A stretch of DNA of 64,000 nucleotides, from assembly GCF_023264855.1 (NCBI RefSeq), contig NZ_JAHFUW010000020.1, forward strand, positions 538 to 64,537, read 5' to 3'. Shown here one piece after another: positions 1-8,994 of this stretch. This stretch comes from Herbiconiux sp. Lineage in GTDB: Bacteria; Actinomycetota; Actinomycetes; Actinomycetales; Microbacteriaceae. Made by a program: the position numbers and the translations under genes. The notes under the pieces were generated by a model. It did not search any database. It saw only the letters and a list, made by a program, of their open reading frames with translations, and was not told where the DNA came from. Positions within the stretch are counted from its first letter, which is position 1. Each line of letters begins with the position of its first letter.

Positions 1-263
1 GCAGGTCGCGCACAGCGAAACCCGATGAAGGCGGCGTACTGCACTCAGGTAGAGCAGCACCGATCTCCCGGATTCACGACGGAGCATCCTGAATCCAGCA
101 GATTCGCTCGAGAACGCGAGCAATGCTGTGCCGATGCTCACGGGCGGTCACGGTAAGCCGCGAGGGCGCAAGAGGGGCGCGCCATCGCACGAAGCTGGGC
201 GCGCCCACGCGCGAGGGCGCGGAACTGACGGCGCCGACGCGCGAGGGCGTTCGGGTGGCCGGC

Positions 264-2213
264 TCAGCTCGGGAGAACGACGATCCAGACGAACCAGACG
301 ATCATCGCGAGCCAGACGAGCGTGGCGGCGGCCGCCAGAGCAGCCGATCCACGACCGCCCAGACGCCACACCGGGATCAGGCCGAAGAAGCCGACTCCGA
401 GCAGGATGCCGAGCCACGGCAAGATCGTCGGCACGCCGACGAGCGTGAAGCCGGGGTACGCACTGAGCGTCGTGGCGATCACGATCCAGACCGCGCCGAG
501 GAAGACGGCGCCGGTGACCGGCGCGATACCGCTGGCCAGCAGCAAGCCGAAGGGCTCGCGGCGGAGCGTCTGTACGAGCACCGCGATGATCCAGCCGATC
601 AGCCACAGGGCCACGAATACGCCGAAGATCAGCGGCACGGTCAGCTCGAACGCGTTCTTCTGATCGACCGCGGTCACCACCGAGGCGAAGCGCGACGTCG
701 GGTGCACCGAGTCGGCGCTCACCAGCGGGTACGCCGCAGCGCCATCGGTGCACGTCGTCTGCACCGCCGCTCCGGGCGCGGCCAGCCAGGTGGCCAGCTG
801 ATCCATCGCGCAGACATCTGCCGTGGCGCCCGCGCGGCCGTTCGCCCCGACGATCACCAACTGGTTCGAGGGGAACGCCGCCTGCCCCGACTGCGCCGCA
901 CCGACCGAGATCAGCGGGTCGCTGTCGGAGGCGAAGATCAGCGTCGGCTGCGGCGCCGGCGCGGTGGCCCGGTTCTCGGTGGGCGACGGCGGCAGACCGA
1001 GCGATCCGCAGATCGCATCGGCCGCCGTCAGGTAGGTGAGAACCGGGAGCGGCACCGGATCCGTGCTCTCCGAGCCCTCGGCCGCCGGCACCGTGGGGTC
1101 GGCCGACCAGAACGGCTGCTCGTCGCGGCAGGTCTCCAGCCAGTACAGCCCGAGGCTCGTGTCGGCGACGTGCTGCAGGGCGATCGGGATGAAGGGGTTC
1201 AGTGCGCCGGTGTCGCCGTCCGCCAGGCGCGACAGCAGGTACGGCACAGCGGCGGCGGTAGCCGGGTCGTACAGCGCCTGCTGCACGATCGTGACGACAT
1301 CCGACCCGGTCAGCGAGTAGTAGCGCTGCTTTCCGGTGATCGGGTTGGTCATCAGCCCGTTGACCGGCTCGTCGCTGAACAGGGCCGCGGCGGCCGCGAG
1401 ATCCGCGTTCAGATCGGGATACTCCCCGTCGGAGCGCGCCGACAGGGCGGTGAGCGTGTCGCTGAGGGCGAGGTAGGCATCGCCCTTGATGTCACGGTCC
1501 ACCGGGCTGAACGCGTTCAGCACCACGGCATCCACGCCGCCGGAGTCCCGCGAGGCGACGAGCTGCATCACCTTGGTCGACCAGGAGTCGCCGTAGAGCG
1601 TCCAGGTGGGATAGGCCAGAACCTGGCGCAGGTCGATCACGTCGCCCGCGGCATCCGCCTTCGTGTAGGCCGTGGTGTCGCCGCCCGCCGTCGAGAACTC
1701 CGTCAGGCAGTCCTTCAGCGCGAGCCCGACGTCGGCCATCTCCTCGGACGGCGTGTCATCGGTCGTGAAGGTGTTGACGTACGCCGAGGAGGCCGCAGGG
1801 CAGTCCAGGGAGTTGCTGGAATCGACGCCACCGCGCTGCCCAAGCACCACGATGTCGCGGGTTCCGCCGATCCGCGGGTCAGCCGCCAGAGCGAGCGCTG
1901 CATCGGTCGACGTCTGGCCGGGCCCACCCGCCATGGTGACGATCGGCGTGCCCGTCGCCGGCTGGGTCGACGCGGGAATCACCACGTACGGCAGCTCGAT
2001 CGCCCGGCTGGACGGATTCGCCCGGTTCTCCGGAACGGTCAAGGTGGCGCACACCGCGGCGGAGGGGAGTCCGGGATCGCAGGATCGCTCTGTGCTCGTA
2101 GCGGCGCCTGCGCCGGATACCGGTCCGGCCACCAGAACGGCGGCGACGGCGGCACCCAACGCGAACTGCGCAATTATTCGACGGCCCACGTCTCCCTTTC
2201 GACTTCGGGTCAC
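264..2213 (-). CDS. secreted alpha/beta hydrolase (peptidase S33 / tripeptidyl-aminopeptidase-like) fused to a C-terminal polytopic membrane region
   Basis: 649-aa ORF with a GTG start. Signal-like N-terminus (AAVAAVLVAGPVSGAGA), GGPG motif (TMAGGPGQTS) and nucleophile-elbow-like GDSWS. The last ~150 aa form 4-5 hydrophobic helices. The + strand ORF 123..2240 is its antisense shadow. Confidence 0.75.
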   Translation of the reverse strand: MTRSRKGDVGRRIIAQFALGAAVAAVLVAGPVSGAGAATSTERSCDPGLPSAAVCATLTVPENRANPSSRAIELPYVVIPASTQPATGTPIVTMAGGPGQTSTDAALALAADPRIGGTRDIVVLGQRGGVDSSNSLDCPAASSAYVNTFTTDDTPSEEMADVGLALKDCLTEFSTAGGDTTAYTKADAAGDVIDLRQVLAYPTWTLYGDSWSTKVMQLVASRDSGGVDAVVLNAFSPVDRDIKGDAYLALSDTLTALSARSDGEYPDLNADLAAAAALFSDEPVNGLMTNPITGKQRYYSLTGSDVVTIVQQALYDPATAAAVPYLLSRLADGDTGALNPFIPIALQHVADTSLGLYWLETCRDEQPFWSADPTVPAAEGSESTDPVPLPVLTYLTAADAICGSLGLPPSPTENRATAPAPQPTLIFASDSDPLISVGAAQSGQAAFPSNQLVIVGANGRAGATADVCAMDQLATWLAAPGAAVQTTCTDGAAAYPLVSADSVHPTSRFASVVTAVDQKNAFELTVPLIFGVFVALWLIGWIIAVLVQTLRREPFGLLLASGIAPVTGAVFLGAVWIVIATTLSAYPGFTLVGVPTILPWLGILLGVGFFGLIPVWRLGGRGSAALAAAATLVWLAMIVWFVWIVVLPS

Positions 2214-2325
2214 GATTCACGCATTCGGGTTACGTGGTAGCCAACCTAACGCATCCCCGGTTCAACTCCGGGGAGCCCGGCCCCGAGCATCCCTCGGGGC
2301 GGAGCACCGGAACTAGACTGGCCGC

Positions 2326-3159
2326 ATGCCAGAGCAGACGACGCCGTCGGACAAACCGGTCATCAAGCGGGTTCGCACCCGTCACTTCCAGAACGCGAAA
2401 GACACCGGGGTCAAGATCACCGGCCTCACCAGCTACGACATGCTCTCGGCGCAGATCTTCGACGAGGCGGGCATCGACTTCCTGCTCGTGGGCGACTCGG
2501 CCGGCAACAACGTGCTCGGCTACGACACCACCGTTCCCGTCACCGTCGACGAGCTGATCCCCCTGGCCCGCGGCGTGGCGGGCGCCGTGTCGCGCGCCTT
2601 CGTCGTGGCCGACATGCCGTTCGGATCCTACGAGAACAGCGCCGAGGAGGCGCTGCACACCGCCGTGCGCTTCATGAAGGAATCCCGCGCCCACGCCGTG
2701 AAGCTCGAGGGCGGCGTGCGCAGCGCCGACAAGATCCGCCGCATCGTCGACGCCGGCATCCCCGTGATGGCCCACATCGGCTTCACCCCGCAGAGCGAGC
2801 ACGGCCTCGGCGGCCACATCATCCAGGGCCGAGGCGAGGGCGAGGAGCAGCTGCTGGCCGACGCGCTGGCCATCGAGGAGGCCGGCGCCTTCGCCGTGGT
2901 GCTCGAGATGGTTCCCGCCAAAGCGGCCCAGCGGGTCACCGAGGCCCTGCGCATCCCCACCATCGGTGTCGGCGCCGGGCCCCACGTCGACGGCCAGCTC
3001 CTGGTCTGGACCGACTTCGCCGGTTTCTCCACCGGCCGCATCCCCAAATTCGTGAAGCAGTACGCCGACCTGCGCGGTGTGCTGACGGATGCGGTGACCC
3101 GGTTCCGTGGCGACGTCGCCGATGCCCGCTATCCTGGCCCCGAACACAGCTACGAATGA
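2326..3159 (+). CDS. panB: 3-methyl-2-oxobutanoate hydroxymethyltransferase
   Basis: 277 aa. Family-typical KITGLTSYD...LLVGDSAGNNVLGYDTT...VKLEGG...HIGFTPQS. Confidence 0.95.
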   Translation: MPEQTTPSDKPVIKRVRTRHFQNAKDTGVKITGLTSYDMLSAQIFDEAGIDFLLVGDSAGNNVLGYDTTVPVTVDELIPLARGVAGAVSRAFVVADMPFGSYENSAEEALHTAVRFMKESRAHAVKLEGGVRSADKIRRIVDAGIPVMAHIGFTPQSEHGLGGHIIQGRGEGEEQLLADALAIEEAGAFAVVLEMVPAKAAQRVTEALRIPTIGVGAGPHVDGQLLVWTDFAGFSTGRIPKFVKQYADLRGVLTDAVTRFRGDVADARYPGPEHSYE

Positions 3160-3214
3160 CAGCGGCGCTCCCCCTGCCGGCACAGCTACGAATGCTGACA
3201 GCACAGCTACGAAT
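3145..3214 (+). repeat. three direct copies of CACAGCTACGAAT (3145, 3181, 3202)
   Basis: Read directly. The first copy is the last codons and stop of panB. Copies 2 and 3 lie in the spacer before the small ORF at 3233. Confidence 0.8.
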
Positions 3215-3232
3215 CACGAAGGAACGATTGAC

Positions 3233-3421
3233 ATGAGCGAAGACCCCTCGACGCAGTTCTGGTACAACACGAAGACCGGCGAGGTCGAGAAGGGGTACGT
3301 CACGAATTCCGCCGATCGTGTCGGGCCCTTCCCCACGCACGAGGAGGCCGAGCACGCGCTCGAGAAGCTGCGCGCCAACAGCGCGAAGTGGGCCGAGGAA
3401 GACGCGCGCGATGACCGCTGA
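3233..3421 (+). CDS. small conserved-looking hypothetical protein (62 aa)
   Basis: Internal ATG of ORF 3107..3421, chosen because the upstream part overlaps panB and the repeat spacer. Balanced composition (MSEDPSTQFWYNTKTGEVEKGYV...HEEAEHALEKLRANSAKWAEED). The stop overlaps the ppgK start region. Confidence 0.55.
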   Translation: MSEDPSTQFWYNTKTGEVEKGYVTNSADRVGPFPTHEEAEHALEKLRANSAKWAEEDARDDR

Positions 3422-4256
3422 CGCCGCGCCCGAGGCTGTCACCGAGGGCAAAGACGTGACCGGCGCCGACACGCACGAGCAGCCCAAGGAGCCGGGCACC
3501 GTGGCGGTGGGCATCGACATCGGCGGTACCGGCATCAAGGGTGCGATCGTGGATGTGGGCACCGGCGAGCTGCTCACCGAGCGCAAGAAGATCGCCACGC
3601 CCGAGGGCGGTGAGCCGGATGCGATCGCCCAGACGGTGCTCGATCTGGTCAACTCGCTCGGCGAGATCCCGGCCTCCGCGTCGGTGGGCATCTGCTTCCC
3701 GGCCGTCGTGCGCCGGGGCGTCACCATGTCGGCGGCGAACGTCTCAAAGAAGTGGATCGGCTTCGAGGCCGAGAAGCTGTTCGAGAAGACCCTCGGCCGT
3801 GACATCACGTTCGTCAACGACGCCGATGCGGCGGGTTTCGGCGAGGTGCGCTACGGCGCGGCCGTGGGCCGTCAGGGCCTGGTGCTGATGACCACGCTCG
3901 GCACCGGCATCGGCACGGCGATCATCTACGACGGCGTGCTCATCCCGAACGCCGAGCTCGGGCACCTCGAGATCGGCGGCGTCGACTACGAGACGAAGGC
4001 CTCGTACGCGGCGAAGGAAAGGGAAGACCTCAGCTGGAAGAAGTGGGCGCACCGTCTGCAGAAGTACTACGACCAGCTCGAGATGCTGTTCTCGCCCGAC
4101 CTGTTCATCGTGGGCGGCGGTGTCTCGAAGAGCTTCGAGGAGTTCATCCCGCTGCTGGACCTGCAGACGGAGATCGTGCCGGCCACCCTGCGCAACAACG
4201 CGGGCATCCTCGGGGCGGCCTGCCTGTCGACGATGCGGACGACCTTCCTCGAGTAG
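3411..4256 (+). CDS. ppgK: polyphosphate glucokinase (ROK family)
   Basis: ROK motifs GIDIGGTGIKGAIVD and NDADAAG..E, plus GTGIGTA. ATG at 3411 is an internal start of ORF 3318..4256. Confidence 0.9.
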   Translation: MTADAAPEAVTEGKDVTGADTHEQPKEPGTVAVGIDIGGTGIKGAIVDVGTGELLTERKKIATPEGGEPDAIAQTVLDLVNSLGEIPASASVGICFPAVVRRGVTMSAANVSKKWIGFEAEKLFEKTLGRDITFVNDADAAGFGEVRYGAAVGRQGLVLMTTLGTGIGTAIIYDGVLIPNAELGHLEIGGVDYETKASYAAKEREDLSWKKWAHRLQKYYDQLEMLFSPDLFIVGGGVSKSFEEFIPLLDLQTEIVPATLRNNAGILGAACLSTMRTTFLE

Positions 4257-4273
4257 CCGTGCCGTAAGCTGGC

Positions 4274-4668
4274 CGGAGTGAATGGGCCGGCAGACGGTCG
4301 CGTCGCCGCATCCGGGGCTCAGGCCTCGACTGCGGTGCCGAGGAACGTCCGGGCTCCACAGAGCAGGGCGGTGGGTAACACCCACCCGGGGCAACCCGCG
4401 AGATAGTGCCACAGAAAGTAGACCGCCACGGGCCGCAAGGCCCGGGGTAAGGGTGAAACGGTGGTGTAAGAGACCACCAGAGGCCGCGGTGACGCGGTCG
4501 GCTCGGTAAACCTCGCCCGGAGCAAGGTCAGACAGGATGCGCTAACGCTGCTCGCTCAGCATCCGGGTAGACCGCTTGAGGGTTGCGGTGACGCAACTCC
4601 TAGATAGATGGCCGTCAGGGAGCTCGCTCCCCCACAGAACCCGGCGTATCGCCGGCCCATTCACCTCA
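4274..4668 (+). ncRNA. rnpB: RNase P RNA, bacterial type A
   Basis: Universally conserved blocks in canonical order: GAGGAACGTCCGGGCTCCACAGAGCAGGG, ACAGAAAGTAGACCGCC, GGGTAAGGGTGAAACGGTGGTGTAAGAGACCACCAG, GGTAAACCTCGCCCGGAGCAAGGTCAGA, CTAGATAGATGGCCGTC, ACAGAACCCGGCGTATCGCCGGCC. The 5' GAGTGAATGGGCCGGC pairs with the 3' GCCGGCCCATTCAC. The ends are approximate, within about 5 nt. Confidence 0.9.
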
Positions 4669-4691
4669 CGCCGGCCGGCTCGCAGACCTGC

Positions 4692-5426
4692 TCACAGACC
4701 CGATTCGTCGGTGCGCACCAGGATGCAGGTGCCCTCGGGGTCGATCAGCACCTCGTCGGGGTCGGCGGCACGGATGGCCGCCAGGTCGGTGCCGGTGAGC
4801 GCCACGTTGCTGCCCTTGGACACGCCGTGCTGGAGCAGGGCAGCACCCACGCCGTACCGGCCGCGGATGCGCTCGTAGAGCTCCACCAGGTCGGCCTGGA
4901 TGCCGCCGGCGATGGCGGATCGCTCCGACTCGGCCACGGTGAGCTGCGTGGCGATGCGTCCCTTCTGCTCGTCACGCTGGGCCACCAGCAGGCGCTCCTC
5001 GGTGGCGATGTCATCGCGGCGCGCGGTGATCGCGGCCAGACGCGCCTCGATCTCCTCCATCCGCTCCATCACGCCGAGCTCGATGTCCTCGAGGTTCGAG
5101 CGGCGCACCCGGAGCGATTCGAGCTCGTGCTCGAGACCCTGGATGTCCTTCGACGAGGAGGAGGCCTGCAGCCGCTCCTGGTCGCGCTTCTCGCGCGCGG
5201 CCACGGTCTGGATGTCGCCCTCGACCCGGCCGATCTCGGCCTTGGCGTCTTCGAGTTCGCCCGACACCCCGCCGAACTCCTGCCGGGCGGCGATCGAGTC
5301 GCGCTGCAGTTCGGCCAGCCGAGCCTCCTGCGGCAGGGTGCGCAGGGAGTGCTGCAGCTGCGCGATGCGGTTGTCGGCCGCCTGAAGGTCGAGCAGCTTC
5401 TTCTGTTCGAGGGCCGGAGCCTTCAT
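4692..5426 (-). CDS. COG1579-type coiled-coil protein (zinc-ribbon family, ribbon apparently degenerate)
   Basis: 244 aa. Long heptad-like coiled coil (LLDLQAADNRIAQLQHSL...). Sits immediately downstream of the Nif3-like gene, as in other actinobacteria. The C-terminus has only one Cys. Confidence 0.7.
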   Translation of the reverse strand: MKAPALEQKKLLDLQAADNRIAQLQHSLRTLPQEARLAELQRDSIAARQEFGGVSGELEDAKAEIGRVEGDIQTVAAREKRDQERLQASSSSKDIQGLEHELESLRVRRSNLEDIELGVMERMEEIEARLAAITARRDDIATEERLLVAQRDEQKGRIATQLTVAESERSAIAGGIQADLVELYERIRGRYGVGAALLQHGVSKGSNVALTGTDLAAIRAADPDEVLIDPEGTCILVRTDESGL

Positions 5427-5493
5427 CTGGTTCCTTCGTGTTCGGTGCGGGTGTGCGGGCGCCAGGGGCGCTGGCGGTGGTCGGCGCGGGTGG

Positions 5494-6312
5494 TCACTGC
5501 GTGACGGTGAAATCCCAGGGATCGGTTCGCAACTCGCTCACCACGAACTCCACCTCGGGCAGCCGTTCGGCGAGCTGCCGGGCCGCGGTGTCGAGCCAGA
5601 GCCACTCACTCGCCCAGTGTGACACGTCGATCAGCGCGGGGCCGCCGCCCAGCAGCGACTGCTCGCGGGATTCCGACGCCGGATGGTGTCGAAGATCCGA
5701 GGTGATGTAGACATCGGATGCCCGCACGGCGGCCTCCCCGAGCAGCGAGTCCCCGGCCCCACCGCACAGGGCGACCGTCGACACCTCCTGCTCGAACTCC
5801 CCCGCCGCGCGGATGCCGGTGGCCGTGGCGGGCAGGATCTCGCCGAGGGCGAGCGCCAGGCGTCCGAGCGTGGTGGGCTCGGGCAGGCGCCCTACCCGGC
5901 CGAGGCCCGTTCCGGACCGCGCGCCGGCGACGATCGGCCGCTGTTCGATCAGTCCCAGCCGGCCGGCGATCACCGAGGAGGTTCCGTCGTCGACGATGTC
6001 GGCGTTCGTGTGCGCAGCGATGAGCGCGCACCGGGATCGGATCAGCTTCGCGAGCAGCGCTCCCTTGTAGCCCGTCTCGGCCACGGTGGTGACGCCGCGC
6101 ATCAGCAGCGGATGGTGCACGAGCAGCACGTCGGCCCCCGTCGCGACGGCCTGACCGACCGTCTCGGCCACGGCGTCGACGGCCAGCAGAACGCGGGAGA
6201 CCTCGTCGTCCGGCGCCCCGCTCAACAGCCCCGGAGCATCCCATCCTTCGGCGAACTCCGTGGGCCACAGTCCTTCGACGGCGCTGGTGAATTCTGCAAG
6301 CGTGTGAGGCAC
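5494..6312 (-). CDS. Nif3-like dinuclear metal centre protein (GTP cyclohydrolase 1 type 2 family)
   Basis: 272 aa with a GTG start. Family motifs LLVHHPLLMRG, AAHTNAD and ITSDLRHH. Confidence 0.9.
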   Translation of the reverse strand: MPHTLAEFTSAVEGLWPTEFAEGWDAPGLLSGAPDDEVSRVLLAVDAVAETVGQAVATGADVLLVHHPLLMRGVTTVAETGYKGALLAKLIRSRCALIAAHTNADIVDDGTSSVIAGRLGLIEQRPIVAGARSGTGLGRVGRLPEPTTLGRLALALGEILPATATGIRAAGEFEQEVSTVALCGGAGDSLLGEAAVRASDVYITSDLRHHPASESREQSLLGGGPALIDVSHWASEWLWLDTAARQLAERLPEVEFVVSELRTDPWDFTVTQ

Positions 6313-6464
6313 GCGACCAGACTACTTGCCCGGCCCACCGGCGTGCCCGGCCCGGCGCCGCCCGCCGCCCGCCAGGCGACCCCCGATTCCGTGATTCCTA
6401 CTTCCGTTGAGTACGGCCACCGCCGTCTACTAGTGTCGAGACGGGGACAGACGGGGGACAGAGG

Positions 6465-8882
6465 ATGACACGATCGACTACGGCGGGATCTAAGGCACCG
6501 AGGCGGGTACTCGCGGCACTGATGGGGTTCGCCCTGGTGGCGGGCGCGATCGTGTCCGGGCAGAGCGCGGCGATGGCCGGGGAGACCGTGCAGGCGACCG
6601 GAACGGTGACCCTGGACACGGCCGATGGCACGCCCGCTGCCGGAATCGTGGTCCAGGCCTACACGTACAGTTCGGATCCGCTCTGGATCGCCGAGGCGGA
6701 CTATCCGGCGGCCGACACCACCACCGATGCCGACGGAAGCTACAGCTTCGACGCCCTGACGCCCGGTGCTTACATGCTCGTGGCCGTTCCCGCCTCGGGT
6801 GACGACAGCGCACCCGGACTGATCACCGACGTCGTCGTGAACACCGACACCGACGGTCTCGACTTCGTGCTCGTCCCGGGTGCTGCGGTGTCGGGTACCG
6901 TCGTGTCGCCGGCGTCCGAGCCGGTCTCCGGCGCCGTCCAGTGGTTGCAGTACCCCGGCACCGGAGGGCGGTTCGATCAGTTCGCCACGACCGGAGCAGA
7001 CGGCGCCTTCGCCTTCGGATCGCTGCCTCCCGGCGACTACTCCCTCGTCACGAACAGCACCGCCTTCGATCCGGTGACGGTGCCGCTCTCGCTCGCCGCG
7101 TCGCAGGTGGTCTCCGATCTCACGGTGCAGGTGCTCCCCTACGCCTCGATCTCGGGCCGCGTCACCTCCTCGACTGACCTCGAACAGGGCCTGGAAGGGA
7201 TCGTCGTCACGCGCAACGGGGTGAGCACCACCACGGCGGCCGACGGCACGTGGACTCTAACCGACGACCAGTACCCGACTACGGCATCGCTGGCGTTCTC
7301 CGACCCCACCCAGACCTACCTGCCTCAGTGGTGGAAAAATCAGTCCGATGAGCGCTTGGCGAAGGACATCCGCCTCACCGCCGGCCAGCAGGCCACGGGA
7401 TACGATGCCGCTCTCGTCCCGGCGGCGACGGTCACCGGCACTGTGACCTCGTTCGGCGATGGGCTTCCGATGTCCGGCGTGGCCGTAACCGTGGGGGTGC
7501 CCAATTCCGGTTCGAGCAGCCCTGTCGTGTACACCGACTCCGCCGGCCGGTACTCCGTCAAGGGCATCACCGCCGGCACCTACTCCGTCTGGTTCAGCGC
7601 CCCCGGTTCGACGTTCGTGCCGAAGAGGGTGCCGAATGTCGTGGTGCTGCGTGGCAAGTCCGTGACGACGGATGCGGTTCTGGATCGCGCTTCCGCGATC
7701 GTCGGCAAGGTCACCTTCGAGGGAGACGGCCCCGTCGACCTCACCGCGGTCCGCCTGCGGATGACGGGGCAGACCGTGAGGCCCGACGCCCAGGGCAACT
7801 TCACGTTCACCGGCCTGGCCGGCGGCACCTACAAGTTCGAGGTGATCCCGGACGACCAGACCACGTACGTCAGCCGCTGGTACGTCAACGGCACCGACCC
7901 GAGCAACGCCACCCCCGTGGTCGTGAAGGCGAACGAGCCTCCGACACGCGCGGACGTCGTCGTGCCGCTGCAGGTGTATCCGAAGACCACTCGGGTGTCC
8001 GGCGCCGACCGGTACGCCGTCGCGGTGTCCGTGTCGAAGAAGACGTTCCCGAACGGCGCCCCCACGGTCTATGTCGCGACGGGTGAGACCTACCCGGATG
8101 CGCTATCGGCCGGCGCCGCCGCGGTCACGCAGGGCGGCCCCCTGCTGATGACCCCAAAGAACACCCTTCCCGCCGAGGTGAAAGCCGAGATCCAGCGTCT
8201 GAAGCCGGCGAACATCGTGGTGGTCGGCGGCCCGAACTCCGTCTCCCCCGCCGTGTTCGACGCACTGAAGAAGCTGCAGTCCAAGACCACCCGGGTCGAC
8301 GGCGCAGACCGTTTCGCGGTGTCGCGGGAACTCGCCCTGGACGTCTTCGGTGACGGCGGAGCCGACGTCGTCTACATCGCGACCGGCCTGAACTTCCCCG
8401 ATGCACTCGGCGCCAGCGGCGCCGCCGGATTCCAGGGCGGCCCCGTCCTCCTGGTCAACGGCCAAGCCGGAACCCTCGATGCCGCCACCAAAACGGCACT
8501 GGACACCCTCGATCCCGGCAAGATCGTCATCGCCGGCGGACCCGCATCCGTCAGCACCGGCATCGAGAACGCCCTGAAGGCCTACGGCCCCGTGCAACGC
8601 CTCGGCGGCGCAGACCGCTACGAAGCCTCCGTCGCCATCAACCTCAACGCCTACACCAGCTCCGACGAAGCATTCCTCGTCACCGGCAGCACCTTTCCGG
8701 ATGCTCTCTCCGGCTCGGCCTGGGCCGGCCACCTCGGCGCCCCGCTCTACGTCAGCCGACCCGACTGCGTCCCGCAGGTCACCCTCGACGCCCTCCACAA
8801 GCAAGGCGTCAAGAAGCTCATCCTCATCGGCGGGCCCAACTCGCTCTCCGCCGACGTGCTCGCCCTCAAACCCTGCAGCTAG
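6465..8882 (+). CDS. secreted surface protein A: signal peptide + ~5 CarboxypepD_reg/Ig-like beta-sandwich repeats + 3 CWB2 cell-wall-binding repeats
   Basis: 805 aa. ATG preceded by GGGGACAGAGG. N-terminus RRVLAALMGFALVAGAIVSGQSAAMA. Repeats of pattern GTV..DG.P..G..V..DG.Y.F..L..G.Y. Three C-terminal modules carry GADR(Y/F), PDAL, GGP(L/V)L and (I/V)(I/V)GGP.S(V/L)S. Confidence 0.85.
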   Translation: MTRSTTAGSKAPRRVLAALMGFALVAGAIVSGQSAAMAGETVQATGTVTLDTADGTPAAGIVVQAYTYSSDPLWIAEADYPAADTTTDADGSYSFDALTPGAYMLVAVPASGDDSAPGLITDVVVNTDTDGLDFVLVPGAAVSGTVVSPASEPVSGAVQWLQYPGTGGRFDQFATTGADGAFAFGSLPPGDYSLVTNSTAFDPVTVPLSLAASQVVSDLTVQVLPYASISGRVTSSTDLEQGLEGIVVTRNGVSTTTAADGTWTLTDDQYPTTASLAFSDPTQTYLPQWWKNQSDERLAKDIRLTAGQQATGYDAALVPAATVTGTVTSFGDGLPMSGVAVTVGVPNSGSSSPVVYTDSAGRYSVKGITAGTYSVWFSAPGSTFVPKRVPNVVVLRGKSVTTDAVLDRASAIVGKVTFEGDGPVDLTAVRLRMTGQTVRPDAQGNFTFTGLAGGTYKFEVIPDDQTTYVSRWYVNGTDPSNATPVVVKANEPPTRADVVVPLQVYPKTTRVSGADRYAVAVSVSKKTFPNGAPTVYVATGETYPDALSAGAAAVTQGGPLLMTPKNTLPAEVKAEIQRLKPANIVVVGGPNSVSPAVFDALKKLQSKTTRVDGADRFAVSRELALDVFGDGGADVVYIATGLNFPDALGASGAAGFQGGPVLLVNGQAGTLDAATKTALDTLDPGKIVIAGGPASVSTGIENALKAYGPVQRLGGADRYEASVAINLNAYTSSDEAFLVTGSTFPDALSGSAWAGHLGAPLYVSRPDCVPQVTLDALHKQGVKKLILIGGPNSLSADVLALKPCS

Positions 8883-8994
8883 GAACCAGCCATGGTCTCG
8901 AACAACCCCCGAACACCCCCGGTTCTGAGACGAGCGCTCGCCACACTCGTGGGCCTGGCCCTCGTCATCGGCAGCACACTCACAGCACAAGGCG
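7647..8994 (+). repeat. copy 1 of a ~1.35-kb direct repeat (period 2415 bp)
   Basis: Manual alignment with 10062..11409. About 20 mismatches, almost all synonymous third positions, fall in 7647..8306. Identity is then perfect over 8307..8983, through the stop codon, the 9-nt spacer and the first ~92 nt of the next gene. Confidence 0.9.

Noticed and set aside
123-2240. A 705-aa + strand ORF
   Set aside because: It is the antisense shadow of the alpha/beta hydrolase gene (264..2213, -). Its composition is Arg/Gly/Asp/His-dominated and it has no signal or catalytic motifs.
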